Source: an uncultured Gemmatimonadales bacterium (GTDB lineage Bacteria; Gemmatimonadota; Gemmatimonadetes; Longimicrobiales; RSA9). Taken from it: DNA of 64,000 bases. Under the pieces are notes generated by a model that worked only from the letters and a program-made list of their open reading frames with translations, was not told where the DNA came from and did not search any database. This document shows, piece after piece, positions 7,567-18,150 of this stretch. The position numbers were made by a program, and so were the translations under genes. The DNA lies in NCBI GenBank assembly GCA_963798085.1, contig CAWCRS010000007.1:1664001-1728000 (forward strand), read 5' to 3'. Positions within the stretch are counted from its first letter, which is position 1. Every line of letters starts with the position of its first letter.

Positions 7567-10043
7567 GCTTCCGCCCGGGCTCCCCTTCCCTGCCGCAGTC
7601 CGGTCGCGCTGATGCCCAGAAGCAGCAGCAGTGTCACGACGGACACCCACGCCGAGTTGCGCAGACTCGCGCTCTCATAATACAGCCGCACCTGGTGCTG
7701 ACCCGCTGTTATCGGCACGGCGCGGAACGTGTAGTTCGCGCGCAGCAGAGGCGAGGCCGCGCCATCGACCTCGGCGTGCCAGGCGGGATAGTAGTTTTCG
7801 CTGATCACCAGCAGTGCCGGCCGGTCCGTAGTCACATTCAGTGTGTAGTGATCGTCCGCGCGCTCGCCCCAGCGCACCTCGCCCTGCGGATCGGGCTGCG
7901 CGCTGATACCTGCGGGCAGTGCCTCGGGCAGCAGCACAGTGTGGCCTGCATCGAAGTTCTCCGCGAGCAGGCTGTCCACCGCATTCGCATCGGGCACCAC
8001 GCGCACGTCGCCGGCCAGGTACGCGCGCGGCAGCACCGTCGAGTCGCGATACACAATGGCCCGCGCACTGGCGTACACTTCATCGTAGCCCGGTATCTGC
8101 AGCCGCTGCGGCGCCGGCGAAACCAGGTATTCGACATTGGCCAGCCGCAGCAGGCGCAGGCGTGAGGACAGCACGCTGGGTGCTGGATCCGCACCCCCCA
8201 TGAGGTCCCGGTAACGGCCCATTTCGTTGCCGTGGTGTCCGGTCAGCTCCTCCAGGCCGTGGATGGCGAAGACATTCGGACGGTACGTCTGCTGGCCTGC
8301 GGTCCAGCCGATGTCGTGCACGCGGAACACGTCGTGGGTCGCGGCCTGCTGCAGGAAGCGGATGGCGTCGTCCGGCTGCAGTGTCGTGCCGTCCTGGCTG
8401 AAGTCGTATGCGTCCATGAGCACGGTGGCGCGCACGAACGGCCGGTCCACGCGATAGAGGTCGAGTGCCGCCAGCAGGCAGAAGGCGATGAGCGCGTCAC
8501 GCGCGCCCACGAAACCGCGCGAGACCGCTTCCCACGTGGCGGCCACCAGCGTGGCCAGGACGCAGGACAGCCAGAATCCCAACCGGATGTTAGGGAGGTT
8601 CTCGTTCAGCGCCTGGATCTGCCTCGGCTCGAGTTCGGTGAGCGACTGCCAGACATTGGTGATCAGGTTGCCGGACTGCGCCAGCGCCAGCACCAGGAAG
8701 ACGCCGGCGCTGATCCAGAGTGCGCGGCGTACGAAGGCGGTGTGCTCCTGCGTCGTCGCCCAGTCCAGCATGCGCTGCACGGCCATCGCGCCCAGGGTGG
8801 CGATGCTGAGACCGTAGAGAAAAATGATGATGGACGGTGCGCGGAAGAGCTTGACGCCGGGAATCAGGTAGAACAGGTGGAAGAAAGGTGTGGTCGCACC
8901 CAGCGCGTACAGCAGCGCGAGGCCGCCCATGGTGACGAAGAACCAGGTTTCCGCGCGCCGCCGCCGGATCAGCAGCAGTGGCAGCAGCAGCAGCGGCACC
9001 AGCCCGGCGTACTCGTGATTCAGCTTGAAGCCGTTGCGTCCCCAGTAGGTGTTGCCGGAGCGCACCTCTGTCGGGGCATTGTCGCCGATGAACTCGGGCA
9101 CGACCAGGGAGACCGCTTCTTCCGCGTGCAGCGAATAGGTGGCCGAGTACAGGTAGGCCTGCTCGCCGCTGGCCTGCACGGTCTTCTCTGCGCGGTGCGA
9201 CCAGTTGCGCAGGTACTCGAGCGGCGGCACCACCTGCGCGGCCGCGGCGGTCACGCCCAGGGTCCCGGCCAGCGCGAACAGGCCGAACAGTCGCAGCGCC
9301 GGTCCCGCCTGTCGGTCGGCGCGCCAGATCTGCGCCATGCGGAAGAAGAAATACCCGGTTATCCCCCACACCAGGAAGTACGCGCACTGCATGTGCGACG
9401 TGAACATGACCAGCGCGATGCCGAGTGCGAACAGCGCGAAGTCGGCCAGCCCCCGCCGGCGCATGCAGCGCTCCAGCAGCCAGAAGACGAGGGGTGCGAG
9501 TGCGGAAACAAAGAGTTTGCCATCGCCCCCGGGGAACACCAGGCTGACCAGGTCGGCGCCCATCATGTAGACCAGTCCACCGAACAGCGCCGGTCCGCGG
9601 CGCAGTCCCAGTCCGCGCAGCCACAGGTACGTGAACAGACCCGCCGCGTACACGTGCAGGATCATCTTCCAGTCCCAGAGCGCGCGCGTGCTCAGCGGGA
9701 AGAGCGCGAGGGTGGGCGGGTAGAAGATGTCGCCGTGCATGCCATCGACGAAGGGAATGCCGCCGAACAGCAGCGGGTCCCAGAGTGGAAATCGATGCTG
9801 CGTGTGGATGTAGTGGGTGTAGAAGTCGCGCGCGAAATAGCTGAGTGCGAGCGTGTCGTTGCCGAGCAGGTGGCCGCCGGAGAAGAACACCTCGTGGAAC
9901 AGTGCCAGTACGGCGACTGCGTAGATCACGGGCGGCGCCCAGCCGGGCAGCGCAGCGCCCGCTGCGCGTGATGCGGACGAGCGCGCGGCAGCCCTGCGGG
10001 TGGTGGATGCCGAACCGGTTCGGGCCGGCGGTCGCCTGGGCAC
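7563..10043 (-). CDS. YfhO-family GT-C-type multi-pass membrane glycosyltransferase
   Basis: N-terminal FPLWDPLLFGGIPF...FYPP, many TM helices, and C-terminal SENYYPAWHAEVDG...RANYTFRAV typical of YfhO. Confidence 0.85.
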   Translation of the reverse strand: MPRRPPARTGSASTTRRAAARSSASRAAGAALPGWAPPVIYAVAVLALFHEVFFSGGHLLGNDTLALSYFARDFYTHYIHTQHRFPLWDPLLFGGIPFVDGMHGDIFYPPTLALFPLSTRALWDWKMILHVYAAGLFTYLWLRGLGLRRGPALFGGLVYMMGADLVSLVFPGGDGKLFVSALAPLVFWLLERCMRRRGLADFALFALGIALVMFTSHMQCAYFLVWGITGYFFFRMAQIWRADRQAGPALRLFGLFALAGTLGVTAAAAQVVPPLEYLRNWSHRAEKTVQASGEQAYLYSATYSLHAEEAVSLVVPEFIGDNAPTEVRSGNTYWGRNGFKLNHEYAGLVPLLLLPLLLIRRRRAETWFFVTMGGLALLYALGATTPFFHLFYLIPGVKLFRAPSIIIFLYGLSIATLGAMAVQRMLDWATTQEHTAFVRRALWISAGVFLVLALAQSGNLITNVWQSLTELEPRQIQALNENLPNIRLGFWLSCVLATLVAATWEAVSRGFVGARDALIAFCLLAALDLYRVDRPFVRATVLMDAYDFSQDGTTLQPDDAIRFLQQAATHDVFRVHDIGWTAGQQTYRPNVFAIHGLEELTGHHGNEMGRYRDLMGGADPAPSVLSSRLRLLRLANVEYLVSPAPQRLQIPGYDEVYASARAIVYRDSTVLPRAYLAGDVRVVPDANAVDSLLAENFDAGHTVLLPEALPAGISAQPDPQGEVRWGERADDHYTLNVTTDRPALLVISENYYPAWHAEVDGAASPLLRANYTFRAVPITAGQHQVRLYYESASLRNSAWVSVVTLLLLLGISATGLRQGRGARAEA

Positions 10044-10045
10044 GA

Positions 10046-11158
10046 TCAGTTTCTCCTCTCGGCCAGCAAAGTCTCGTAGATCTCGACGTGGCGCTTCGCC
10101 AGTCGCTCCAGGCTCCATTGGCGCACCACGCGCTCGCGGGCGCGTGCGCCCATCGCCGCGCGATCGCTGCGGCGCAGCAGCACGAGCAGCGCGCTGGCCA
10201 GGCTTTCGGGCTGTGCCGGCTCGAACAGCACGCCTGCCTCGTCATCGACGATCTCGGGCAGGCCGCCCACGCGTGACGCGGCCACGGGACGCTCGCAGCT
10301 CATGGCTTCCAGCGCGGCCACGCTCGTCGCCTCCATCAATGACGGGATCACGGCTGCATCGGCCGAAGCCAGCAGCCCTGGCATCTCCGTGTTAGGCCGA
10401 GCGCCCAGGAACTGCACGTGCTCCGCCACGCCCAGCTCGGCGGCGAGCGCCTCGAGCTGCGCGCGCAGCGGCCCATCGCCTACGATCAGTGCATCGACAT
10501 CCGCTTCCGCGCGCAGCAGCGGCATGGCACGCACGAAGTACTCGACGCCGTTCTTCTCGAAGAGCCGCCGCGGCACGATCACGCGGTACGCGCCGTCCCG
10601 GCGAGGCAGTGCGGGCGACACGGCGCGAAACATGGACGTATCCACACCGTTCGTGACCGACTCGGCGCGCGGGTGCGGGTAGAGACCGAGGGCAACGTCG
10701 CGGATCTCCTCGCTGGCCGCCAGCAGCCAGTCCGCCGCGCGTATAATGCGGCGCAGCACCGGCTGCCAGAGCGGCTTCCTGGCCAGTCGCAGAAAGTGCG
10801 ACGTGTGCAGCGTCATGACCATGGGCTTGTGGTACCTCGCCCGCGCCATCATGGCCGGCGGTCCGGACGCGAAATCCTGCACGTGCAGCATGTCGGCTTT
10901 GCGCGCCACCGGCAGATACGTCGGGATCGACGCCATGGTGTGCACGCTCCAGCCCAGCGTGTTGCGGGCCGGGAACCAGGTGCGGATCACGCGAATGCCT
11001 TCCATGGTCTCGTGCGCCGGCACGCCCGGCTTCGAGCGCGAGGTGACCATGGTGACTTCATGGCCCATGCGCACCAGCTCGCGGCACAGGTAGTAGACGT
11101 GACTCTCGAGACCGCCCACCTCGGGCGGAAAGTACATGCACTGCTGCAGCACCTTCAC
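10046..11158 (-). CDS. GT4 (GT-B) glycosyltransferase
   Basis: YFPPEVGGLE, NGVD, KNGVEY and PSLMEATSVAALEAM (EX7E). Confidence 0.9.
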   Translation of the reverse strand: MKVLQQCMYFPPEVGGLESHVYYLCRELVRMGHEVTMVTSRSKPGVPAHETMEGIRVIRTWFPARNTLGWSVHTMASIPTYLPVARKADMLHVQDFASGPPAMMARARYHKPMVMTLHTSHFLRLARKPLWQPVLRRIIRAADWLLAASEEIRDVALGLYPHPRAESVTNGVDTSMFRAVSPALPRRDGAYRVIVPRRLFEKNGVEYFVRAMPLLRAEADVDALIVGDGPLRAQLEALAAELGVAEHVQFLGARPNTEMPGLLASADAAVIPSLMEATSVAALEAMSCERPVAASRVGGLPEIVDDEAGVLFEPAQPESLASALLVLLRRSDRAAMGARARERVVRQWSLERLAKRHVEIYETLLAERRN

Positions 11159-12452
11159 GAGGGTCCTTCCCAGTCCAGCGTCCGTCGCGGCGGGCCGGCA
11201 AGCTCGTGAATCACGATGTCGGCAATACGTTCGCCAGCCAGGCCATCGCCGTACGGGTTGGGATAGCGTGTGAGCGTCTGCATGCGTGCCCGCGCGACGC
11301 CTGCTGACAGATCCTCCTCGATCTGCACCGTAGTGTGTCGGCCGGGCAGTGGTTTTCCCTCTGGTGCAGGAGTCCCGAGGCTGGGCGCCGTTTCGCTTTC
11401 GTGCAGTGCGACGAGCGCGCGCCAGCCGCCGCCGTCCAGCACGGCCGTGCCGCAGCGCTCGATGGCGTCCGCATCGGTACCGACGAGCCGGGCGATGCCG
11501 AGCTGTGTGGCCTCCGGCCGTTCCGTGACTTCGCGCATCACCAGCACGGGCTTCTGGAAGGTTGGCGCCTCCTCCTGGATGCCGCCGGAGTCTGTGAGGA
11601 TCAGCTCAGCGTGCTGCAGTGCGGTGACCATGTCGCGGTACCCGAGCGGCTCGGTCAGGCGGATGCGCGCGTGTCCGCCCAGCACTTCCCGGGCGGCGGC
11701 AATGACGTTCGGATTGGGGTGCACCGGGTAGAGGAAGTGCACGTCATCGAAGGCATCGGCCAGCCGGCGGATGCCGCGGAACGCCTGGCGCAGCGGCTCG
11801 CCGAACGATTCGCGGCGGTGTGCCGTGACCAGCACCAGGCGTTGTCCAGCCGCACAATTTCCCTTAACTCAGCGTTATCGGGCGGGTGCGGCTGCGCGCT
11901 GATGGCCAGCAGTGCATCGACCACGGTGTTGCCGGTCACGTGGACGCTGTCCGGTGGCACGCCTTCGGCGAGCAGGTTGGCGCGCGCGGCGGTGGTGGGC
12001 GCGAAATGCAGGTCCGCGACCACGCCCGTCAGGCGGCGGAAGATCTCCTCCGGCCAGGGCCGCCATTTGTCGCGGCTGCGCAGGCCCGCCTCGACGTGAC
12101 CCACGCGGCGCCTTTCATAGAACGCGGTGAGCCCGGCCACGAACACGGATGCGGTATCGCCTTCGACCAGGATCATGTCGGGCTGGTGCCGGCGCACGAT
12201 GTCGCGCAGTCCGGTAAGGCAGCGCGTCGTCACATCGTACAGGTCCTGGCCTTCGCGCATGATCTCGAGGTCGTCGTCCGGCTGTATGCGGAAGACTTCG
12301 AGCACCTGGTCGAGCAGCTCGTTGTGCTGTCCCGTGAGCGCGACGCGCGTATCCACGTCGCTGGCGCGCTGTCGCAGTGCCCGAATGACGGGGGCCAGCT
12401 TGATGCCTTCGGGGCGCGTCCCGATCACCACGAGCACTCGAGGCAGGGACAT
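11155..12452 (-). CDS. wecB: UDP-N-acetylglucosamine 2-epimerase (non-hydrolysing); indel near 11843; ~45-aa insertion near the C-terminus
   Basis: GTRPEGIK, TGQH, HVEAGLRS and TGNTVVDAL in ORF 11655..12452; TAHRRE, DSGGIQEEA, TERPE and NPYGDG in ORF 11155..11835. Confidence 0.92.
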
Positions 12453-12464
12453 GTGTGCGTGGAA

Positions 12465-13571
12465 TCAGCGGGAGTCGCGCCCGCCATTGTGCGACCGGTC
12501 GCGCTCTTCGAGCCGGCGCTCCATTTCGTCCAGCTCGGAATGCAGCTGCTCGAGGCGGCGCTCCACCACATCCACCTCCGAGCGCAGTTGCGCGACCAGC
12601 TCGCCCAGGATGCCGAAGCCGAACAGCAGGAAGCCGAGCACTTCGAGCAGGATCACGAGGTAGAGCAGCGGCCGGAAACCGAAGGGCGGCATGGCGTGGA
12701 TGACGCGGAGCACAATGGTGACGAGGCCGGTGACCACGCCCAGTCCAGCCAGTGACAGCCCGGTGATGCCGAAGAACAGCAGCGGTTTGCGAGCGAAGAA
12801 GAGGAAGAAGGCCACCGACACGAGGTCCAGCAGCCCCACCAGGATGCGGCTGCGTCCCGAGTATTTCGGCACGCCGTGCCGGCGCGGCAGCAGCGTGATG
12901 TCGATTTCCGTGATGGTGAAGCCGCGTGCGTATGCCAGCACGACGAAGAAGCGGTGCCAGTCGTGGCGCAGGCGGACCTCCTCAATGATCTCGCGGCGGA
13001 ACGCCTTCATCGAGTTGGTATCGGACACCGGGATCTTGAAGATCGCGCGGCTGAGACGGTTGTAGATCGAGGACACGATGCGCTTCTCGTATTGTCCGAT
13101 CTTGCGGCCGGTCACGATATCCCAGCCCTCGTCGAGCTTGGCGAGGAAGCGCGGGATCTCGTCCACGCTGTGCTGCAGATCGGCATCGAACAGCACGAGC
13201 CATTGCGCGTCTGTGGCGAGCGCGCCTGTCACCATGGCTTCGGTCTTGCCGAAGTTGCGGCGGTGGCGCACGACGCGCAGGTGATCCCATCCCTGGCTGG
13301 CCTGACGCGCGCGTTCCGCAGTGCCGTCACGGGAGCCGTCGTCCACGATGATGACTTCGCCGGACAGCTCGTAGCGCGCGAACATGTCGCGCAGCTCGCG
13401 CACGAGGTCGTCCATGTTGTCCGCCTCATCGAAGGCGGGGACGATCACAGCGAAGTCATGCTTGATCCCGGTGGAGAGGTGCAGCGGCGCAGCGGGTTCG
13501 GGCAGCGCGGCTTCGGGGGCGCCGCGCACGGCGGTCACGCCACCGCGGGCTGCGGCGCCCGTTTCAGACAC
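12465..13571 (-). CDS. GT2 polyprenol-phosphate glycosyltransferase (ArnC/GtrB-like) with two TM helices and a C-terminal coiled coil
   Basis: VPAFDE, VDDGSRDGT, RNFGKTEA, FDADLQ and RRHGVPKY, followed by hydrophobic helices. Confidence 0.88.
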   Translation of the reverse strand: MSETGAAARGGVTAVRGAPEAALPEPAAPLHLSTGIKHDFAVIVPAFDEADNMDDLVRELRDMFARYELSGEVIIVDDGSRDGTAERARQASQGWDHLRVVRHRRNFGKTEAMVTGALATDAQWLVLFDADLQHSVDEIPRFLAKLDEGWDIVTGRKIGQYEKRIVSSIYNRLSRAIFKIPVSDTNSMKAFRREIIEEVRLRHDWHRFFVVLAYARGFTITEIDITLLPRRHGVPKYSGRSRILVGLLDLVSVAFFLFFARKPLLFFGITGLSLAGLGVVTGLVTIVLRVIHAMPPFGFRPLLYLVILLEVLGFLLFGFGILGELVAQLRSEVDVVERRLEQLHSELDEMERRLEERDRSHNGGRDSR

Positions 13572-15030
13572 GCTTGCGCATCCGCGCGGAGAGGATGCCC
13601 AGCTGGTCGCGGTACTTGGCCACCGTGCGGCGCGCGATCTGTACGCCTTCCTCGCGCAGGATGTTGACGATGGCCTGGTCCGTAAGTGGCCGGCGCGCTT
13701 CTTCCTCGGACACGAGCTTCTGGATCCTCGCCTTGATGCCGCGCGCGCTCACGTCCTCGCCCGAAGTGGTGGAGAGCCCGCTGGAGAAGAAGAACTTGAG
13801 GGGGAGCACGCCGCGCGGTGTCTGAACGAACTTCTCGTTAGTCACGCGCGAGACGGTCGACTCGTGCATGTTGATGACTTCGGCCACTTCGCGCAGCGTG
13901 AGCGGCTTCAGGTACTGCACGCCTTTCTCGAAGAACTCGCGCTGCCGGTCGACGATGAAGTTCATCACCTTGAGCATGGTCTGGCGGCGCTGCTCGATGG
14001 CCTGGATCATCCAGTTCGCGCTGTTGAGCTTCGACGAGATGAACTCCTTGTTCTCGCCCTTGAACTTGCCCTTGTCGCGGGCGATCTCGCGGTAGGTGCG
14101 CGACAGGCGCAGCCGCGGCAGGCTGGTGTCGTTGAGAAACACCATGTAGTCGCCATCGATCTTGTCGACCACCAGGTCCGGCACAATGTAGTTGTCGCCG
14201 GGAGCAGCGTACTTGAGGCCGGGCTTGGGGTCGAACTTGGCGATCTCGTCCTTGGCGTCCTGCACTTCGCTGGGTGTGACGCCGAAGTCCTTGGACACCT
14301 CGGACCAGCGGTGGTTGATCAGCTGGTCGAAGAAGCGATCGACAATGCGGTACGCCAGTGTGTCTTCCTGTTCGGCGTCACGCAGCTGCAGCAGCAGGCA
14401 CTCGCGCAGATTGCGCGCACCAATGCCGGGCGGGTCGAAGCCCTGGATCACCTGGAGCATGGCTTCGACTTCGGACAGCTGCACCGGCTGCATGGGCCGG
14501 TCGTCATCGTCCTCCGCGCCTTCTTCGGCGATCCACTGGTTCAGGCTGCGCTGCACCTCCTCGAGCGGGCAGGTCAGGTACCCGTTCTCGTCGATGTTGC
14601 CGATGATCTCCTCGCCGATCAGCATCTCGCGGATCGAGTGGCGCTGCAGCAGCAGCTGATCACGCAGATGGTCGTAGAGATCGCGCGTCTCGACCGAGAC
14701 CGGCTCGTAGTACTCGCGATCCTCGAACTCGGCGCGGCGACCGCCCGGATCGAAGCCGTCCAGCAGGATTTCCTCCCAGTCGATCTCCTCCTTCTCCTTC
14801 TTGCTCTCCTCCTTTTCCTTTTCCTTGTCCGCGGGTGCTACGTCCTCGTCCGAGACGGCAGGCTCTTCCAGCTCGAGGAACGGATTGTTCAGCATCTCCT
14901 GCTTGATGTGCTGCTGCAGGTCCAGCAGCGGCATGTACAGCAGATCCATCGCCTGATACAGGCGAGGATTGATTTTCAGCTCGTGCCGGAGCTGCGTTCC
15001 CTGATAGAGTCCGGTCCTGATGGGCGTCAT
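13564..15030 (-). CDS. rpoN: RNA polymerase sigma-54 factor
   Basis: Q/L-rich region I, NPFLE, HESTVSR and the RpoN box ARRTVAKYR. Confidence 0.98.
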   Translation of the reverse strand: MTPIRTGLYQGTQLRHELKINPRLYQAMDLLYMPLLDLQQHIKQEMLNNPFLELEEPAVSDEDVAPADKEKEKEESKKEKEEIDWEEILLDGFDPGGRRAEFEDREYYEPVSVETRDLYDHLRDQLLLQRHSIREMLIGEEIIGNIDENGYLTCPLEEVQRSLNQWIAEEGAEDDDDRPMQPVQLSEVEAMLQVIQGFDPPGIGARNLRECLLLQLRDAEQEDTLAYRIVDRFFDQLINHRWSEVSKDFGVTPSEVQDAKDEIAKFDPKPGLKYAAPGDNYIVPDLVVDKIDGDYMVFLNDTSLPRLRLSRTYREIARDKGKFKGENKEFISSKLNSANWMIQAIEQRRQTMLKVMNFIVDRQREFFEKGVQYLKPLTLREVAEVINMHESTVSRVTNEKFVQTPRGVLPLKFFFSSGLSTTSGEDVSARGIKARIQKLVSEEEARRPLTDQAIVNILREEGVQIARRTVAKYRDQLGILSARMRKRV

Positions 15031-16238
15031 GCCTGAGGCTCCGGCCGGCGGTAGCGCTCACGCATGCGGACCGTGAGCGTGGGTCCGAAGTAGATTTCGG
15101 CCACTTCGTCGTTCCACACGAGTTCCGCCACAGTCCCGGACACCCTCACCCGGCCGTCGTACATGATGTAGGCGCGGTCCACGATATCCAGCGTCTGCTC
15201 CACGTTGTGGTCTGTGATGATCACACCGATCCCGCGCAGCCGCAGATCCGCGACGATCTGCTGAATGTCGTTCACGGCAATGGGATCGATTCCCGCGAAC
15301 GGTTCATCCAGCAGCATGAACTTCGGGCGGCTCACCAGCGCGCGCGTGATCTCGAGGCGTCGTCGCTCGCCGCCTGAGAGCGAATATGCCCTGGCCTTGC
15401 GCAGATGGCGCAGTCCCAGCTCATCGAGCAGCTCTTCGAGCCGAGCCTTCCTCGGCGCGCGCCGCAGGCCCATCGTCTCGAGGATCGCCATGATGTTGTC
15501 CTCGACCGTGAGCTTGCGAAAGACCGACGGCTCCTGCGCAAGATAGCCTATACCCCGGCGGGCCCGCTTGTACATGGGTACCCGCGTGATGTCCTTGTCA
15601 TCCAGGATCACCCGGCCCTCATCCGGTGCGATCAGACCGACGATCATGTAGAACGTCGTCGTCTTCCCTGCCCCGTTGGGCCCGAGCAGTCCCACGATCT
15701 CGCCCTGCGACACGGCAAGGTCCACATCAGCGACGACTTTTCTCTTGCGGTAGATCTTGACCAGGCCCTCGGTGTAGAGGCGGCTCGAGCCGGTCGGCGC
15801 GGGTTTTTCGGCGACCGGTGCGGCGACGCGCTCGGCCGAGCCGTCGAGCAATTCAGCCACCCGTTGTTCGAGGGTGGTGGTGGCGGCCGCGCGATCTGCC
15901 GCGATATCAGACCAGACTTCCGGGCGCACACGTACCCGCTCCCAGCCGGGTCCGGGCGGTTCGGTTACCGCGATCGACTCCGCAGCCAGCCGCGAGAGGA
16001 TCTGCTCGTCGAGGTAGCGCTCCATCTCGTCGGGATCGAGGCTCGCCTGGCCATCGGTTGCGGCATTCAAGAGGCCGGGACCGGAGCGACTGCGGGCGTG
16101 CGCGTTGCGCACCGCCGCCAGCCATTCACCGCGGTCGAGCGAACCGTCCGGCGCCGCCCGTCGCACCAGCTCGAGCAGCCCGAGCGCAAGAGAGGCATCG
16201 TGGCGGCGCAGGCCCGCCGCGAACTCGGCCAGCTTCAC
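15027..16238 (-). CDS. lptB: LPS export ABC transporter ATPase with a ~150-aa N-terminal extension
   Basis: [40 protein letters not shown] and ITDHNV. Sits upstream of rpoN. Confidence 0.95.
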   Translation of the reverse strand: MKLAEFAAGLRRHDASLALGLLELVRRAAPDGSLDRGEWLAAVRNAHARSRSGPGLLNAATDGQASLDPDEMERYLDEQILSRLAAESIAVTEPPGPGWERVRVRPEVWSDIAADRAAATTTLEQRVAELLDGSAERVAAPVAEKPAPTGSSRLYTEGLVKIYRKRKVVADVDLAVSQGEIVGLLGPNGAGKTTTFYMIVGLIAPDEGRVILDDKDITRVPMYKRARRGIGYLAQEPSVFRKLTVEDNIMAILETMGLRRAPRKARLEELLDELGLRHLRKARAYSLSGGERRRLEITRALVSRPKFMLLDEPFAGIDPIAVNDIQQIVADLRLRGIGVIITDHNVEQTLDIVDRAYIMYDGRVRVSGTVAELVWNDEVAEIYFGPTLTVRMRERYRRPEPQA

Positions 16239-17614
16239 GAGCCCTTCTTCCCGGCGGCCTGCCCATTCTGCGGTCGCGTCGCTTCGGGCTGCAGGTACAT
16301 GCTCTGCACCTCACCCACGGCATCGACCCTGGCGACCGTCCCGGCTTTCATCTTCACGGTGATGCGCCTCGCCAGCAGGTAGTTGATGCTGGGTGGCGCC
16401 TGCGGGTTCTTTTCGTCGTCGCGGCGATACAGAGAAGTGGCGCGCTCGGATGTGCCGACCGCCAGCACGGTGTCCACTTCGCGGTCGCGGCCCGCGGAAT
16501 CGACGCGCTCCGCGGGCACCTCGAGGAACGTGGCAACGATCGTGTCGCCTCGCATCCAGTCCCGCGACGCGAGCGCCGGCACATTGGCGTTGCCCAGATC
16601 CTGGTTGAGCCGCTCGCTGTAGGCGTGGCCGACGGCGATGACCTTGTCGAGCTTCTGCGCGGGCGCCAGCGCATCGATCGAATCCGCTGTCAGCCGGAAG
16701 TCCTGTGATGTCGCGGAGGCCTGGCGCGTCAGGGCGGGGGCCGTCCCTTCCGTGCCCGGTTTCTCACCCACGGCGATGAGCCGGTTGACCACACCCGTGT
16801 CCAGCAGCACGCGAATGCGGGGCGCTTCGACGGTCAGGTCCTTGCCCGCGAGCCTTCCCTTGAGGAGGGCGGTGATCTCTTCCAGCTGATCCGTTTCTGA
16901 TGTGCGGCCGTTCACCGTGTCGCCTGTGATCGTGTAATCGACTGTTTCCAGCCTGGCTTCCCGCGCAAGGCGCAGCGAGCCGGCATCGCGGTCGTAGAAG
17001 GCTTCGCCGCCGTACCCGGTCATCTGCGAGCGCCGCAGCACGACGCCGCCGCGGCCGTGGAAGCGCGACTGGCCCGTGATGTCCATGGCGTCCGCGTCCG
17101 CAATCGTGGTATCGCGCCGGGTCGAGTCGGACTTCGCAATGGAGATGAGCACGGCGTGCGGCCGGCCGCTGGGAATCTGGATCAACGATTCCGGGCGAGT
17201 GGGTGACGTCTCGTAATAGTTCATGATCGGGCCGGTCACCACCGAGCCCGTCTTCCGGTCCGTCATCACGACGTTGTTCTGCGCAATGGAGAAGCGGTCG
17301 TTCTCCATGTAGCGGATATAACCTGCTGTTACAATGTTGTCGGTGGTCGTGTAGCGCACATGGTTGATGAATTCGTCCATGCCGCTGGCCGCGATCTGCA
17401 CGACACTGTCGGCGTAGATGCGCGTGCCGTCCGTGCAGATGAACAGCGCACCGCCGCCGATAAAGGTCATCTGGTTGGGCTTGCCGTTGTTGAAGACGTT
17501 GACCGTGCCCAGCGTGTCGCGCTGCTGGATCGTGCAGTCCTTGCGCTGCTGCGCCCGCACAGCGGCGGGCGCGAGCAGCAGCACAGCGATCGACGCGCCC
17601 TTCGCGAAGCGCAT
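16235..17614 (-). CDS. OstA/LptA-like long beta-jellyroll periplasmic protein
   Basis: Signal peptide (AVRA|Q), repeated beta-strand motifs (ADS, GDTV, GDTI), and position between lptC and lptB. Confidence 0.7.
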   Translation of the reverse strand: MRFAKGASIAVLLLAPAAVRAQQRKDCTIQQRDTLGTVNVFNNGKPNQMTFIGGGALFICTDGTRIYADSVVQIAASGMDEFINHVRYTTTDNIVTAGYIRYMENDRFSIAQNNVVMTDRKTGSVVTGPIMNYYETSPTRPESLIQIPSGRPHAVLISIAKSDSTRRDTTIADADAMDITGQSRFHGRGGVVLRRSQMTGYGGEAFYDRDAGSLRLAREARLETVDYTITGDTVNGRTSETDQLEEITALLKGRLAGKDLTVEAPRIRVLLDTGVVNRLIAVGEKPGTEGTAPALTRQASATSQDFRLTADSIDALAPAQKLDKVIAVGHAYSERLNQDLGNANVPALASRDWMRGDTIVATFLEVPAERVDSAGRDREVDTVLAVGTSERATSLYRRDDEKNPQAPPSINYLLARRITVKMKAGTVARVDAVGEVQSMYLQPEATRPQNGQAAGKKGS

Positions 17615-18150
17615 TACTTGCTCTCGCAGCTGCCCGGCAGTCTGCCGTTCACGCCGCGCGCGCTGATGGTCGTGAACTGGTCGTCGGCCGAGAAGCTGCG
17701 CACGTTGGTGATATTACCCGCCTGATCGAAACGGGTGGGCACATCGCTCCACACGCGCTTCGTGTTCGGGTCGTAGTGCAGCTCTTCGGTCTGCACATTG
17801 CAGCCGTCCTGGGTGATGAGGACCACGTGCCCGAGCGCGATCAGGGCGTCCGTGGACGTGTTCCACCTGCCGCTGTCCGCCTTGATGGTGGCGCGCTGCA
17901 CCCCATCCGGGTTGTACATTCTGAGGTTCAGCCCGCGCACGCGGTACGACGCCGAGTCTTCGTATACGTAGACCGTGTCGAACACGCCTTCGGAGCTGCG
18001 CACACCGTCGACGGTGGATGTGTGCATGGCATTGATCAGCACCTGATCCGACGGCAGTTCGTGATACGTGCCGTCATTCGGTGCCGTGGTGGTCGGGTGG
18101 CAACCGAGCGCAAGCAGCGCCACGAATCCCGCCAGATGGCCCTGCTTCAT
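17614..18150 (-). CDS. lptC: LPS export periplasmic protein LptC (lipoprotein-like, LALG|C)
   Basis: IKADSG, GHVVL, QTEELHYD and VWSDVP; lies between kdsD and the lptA-like gene. Confidence 0.8.
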   Translation of the reverse strand: MKQGHLAGFVALLALGCHPTTTAPNDGTYHELPSDQVLINAMHTSTVDGVRSSEGVFDTVYVYEDSASYRVRGLNLRMYNPDGVQRATIKADSGRWNTSTDALIALGHVVLITQDGCNVQTEELHYDPNTKRVWSDVPTRFDQAGNITNVRSFSADDQFTTISARGVNGRLPGSCESK

